Shown here: positions 62,547 through 64,000 of the stretch, one piece after another
Position numbering within the stretch: the stretch's first letter is position 1
Layout of the letters: every line of letters starts with the position of its first letter
Assembly (NCBI RefSeq): GCF_006345805.1
Contig: NC_042999.1
Coordinates: 72,726,001-72,790,000 of the forward strand
Length of the DNA stretch: 64,000 bases
Direction: 5' to 3'
From: Octopus sinensis
Taxonomy: Eukaryota
Notes under the pieces: model-generated
Told to the model about the DNA's origin: nothing
Seen by the model: only the letters and a program-made list of their open reading frames with translations
Database searches by the model: none
Made by a program: the position numbers and the translations under genes

Positions 62547-64000
62547 TTGCAACCTTCCCGGGGTTGACTGGTCTACAAACAGTCTGCCGCCAGGTTCTTC
62601 TCTCTCAACCCCTGACAGGGAGGCAGTGGAATCGCTTCTTGACTTCATGGATGACTTCTTCTTGTCCCAACTGGTACTCGAACCAACGAGATGTCACAAA
62701 AACGTCTTAGACTTAATTTTCAGCAATCACACTGATACTATCCACAATATTGCAGTGGAGAAAACCCTACTCTCCGACCATGACATGGTTCTCTGTGATC
62801 TGAGATTTCACTGGCCAAAATGCAAAACAATGTCATCCCTCCTGTTCATCCATTTGACACTATGGATTTCCACAATGCAAACTGGGAAGCGATCAATAAT
62901 GATCTTGCACAAGTCGATTGGTCCTTCACGCACACATACACACCCACTAACATCAAAAAGTCCTGGCAGTCACTTGTAGACACCATCACGAACATATGTG
63001 CAAGACACACCCCATTAAGATCTGCAAACAAATCTAAGTGTCGAATCCCTAGAAATAGAAAATCTCTCATAAGGAAAATTAAAAGAATCAACAAAAAGAT
63101 CAACATGCTGAAATACTGTCAACAGCAACACACCAACCTGACTGCCATCTCGTCGCTAGAGATTAAAAAACATAAACTCCAAAACAACATGATGTCTATC
63201 ATCAATAGTCAGCGAAGAGCTGAAGAGGCCTGGGCCATTGAGAAGATCAAACTCAATCCCAAAGTGTTCTTTTCATTTGCAAAAAAACACAGAGTCACTG
63301 GTTCTACTGTTGGCCCTCTGATTGATGAAAATGGTATTCTTCAAGACAATGCCAAAACCATGGGAGAAATATTGCAGAAACAATATTGCTCTGTTTTCAG
63401 CAATCCTGATATGACTGATCTGGGCTGTATCAGTGATGTTACTCCCAATACACTTTATCGGACATAACATTTGGCGCTCCTGATGTCTTAGCAGCAATAA
63501 AGGAAATGAAGCATAATTCAGCAGTAGGTCCCGATAGTTCCCTGCTTGTGTCTTGAAGATGTGTCAAAACCAACTTGCACCCCCTCTAGCCAATCTGTGG
63601 CGGAACTCATTGGATGCTGGATATATACCAGAAGACCTTCTATCCCAGTCTGTTGTCCCAGTTTTCAAAAAAGGAAACAAATCGCTTGCCGTGAATTACC
63701 GTCCAATCTCACTCACCTCTCATATCATCAAGGTATTTGAGAGGGTACTGAGATCGCGTATGACTCACTTCCTTGAGAGTCATAATATGCTGAACCCCAA
63801 CCAGCATGGATTCCGTAATGGGAGAGATTGCCTGACGCAGCTACTGCATCATTTTGATGACATTTTGAGAGCCTTGGGAGAGGGTTCCAACACTGATGTC
63901 ATCTACCTTGATTTCAGCAAGGCCTTTGACAGGGTTGATCATAAGATCCTTCTGAGAAAGCTGTCCAATATTGGTGTCACTGGAAAGCTGCTGCAATGGA
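62547..64000 (+). mobile_element. CR1-like LINE ORF2 fragment (APE endonuclease C-terminus to RT), runs off window
   Basis: Motifs NLPGVDW, PTR...LDLIF, SDH, GPD, PVFKKG, NYRPISLTS, QHGFR and YLDFSKAFD. Three -1 frameshifts. Confidence 0.93.

Overview
AT-rich, microsatellite- and repeat-dense animal genomic DNA. The SINE repertoire and the (TA)n/(TACA)n/(CA)n load resemble an octopus genome, which is my inference and not a database result. One protein-coding gene is well supported: an otopetrin proton-channel gene (OtopLc-like) on the + strand. Seven of its exons (11335-30106) join in frame through canonical GT-AG introns, and a tentative first coding exon at 4851-4920 would give about 682 aa. 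Its predicted extracellular TM5-TM6 loop has 21 His in 65 residues. The rest is tRNA-derived SINEs (often tandem arrays), CR1-like and RTE LINE fragments, Penelope-like element (PLE) relics, a decayed hAT-like transposase, MITEs and non-autonomous Helitrons. The least expected signal is a set of hammerhead ribozymes (HHRs). Two complete type I HHRs sit in the inverted arms of a 910-bp non-coding element at 34005-34915, a third related one lies at about 46.1 kb, and several minimal or decayed ones lie at PLE termini. There is also a 144-bp-arm palindrome in otopetrin intron 4 that stays fully paired as RNA on the sense strand. Most ORFs in the supplied track are microsatellite artefacts. I found no CRISPR array, rRNA or authentic tRNA gene.
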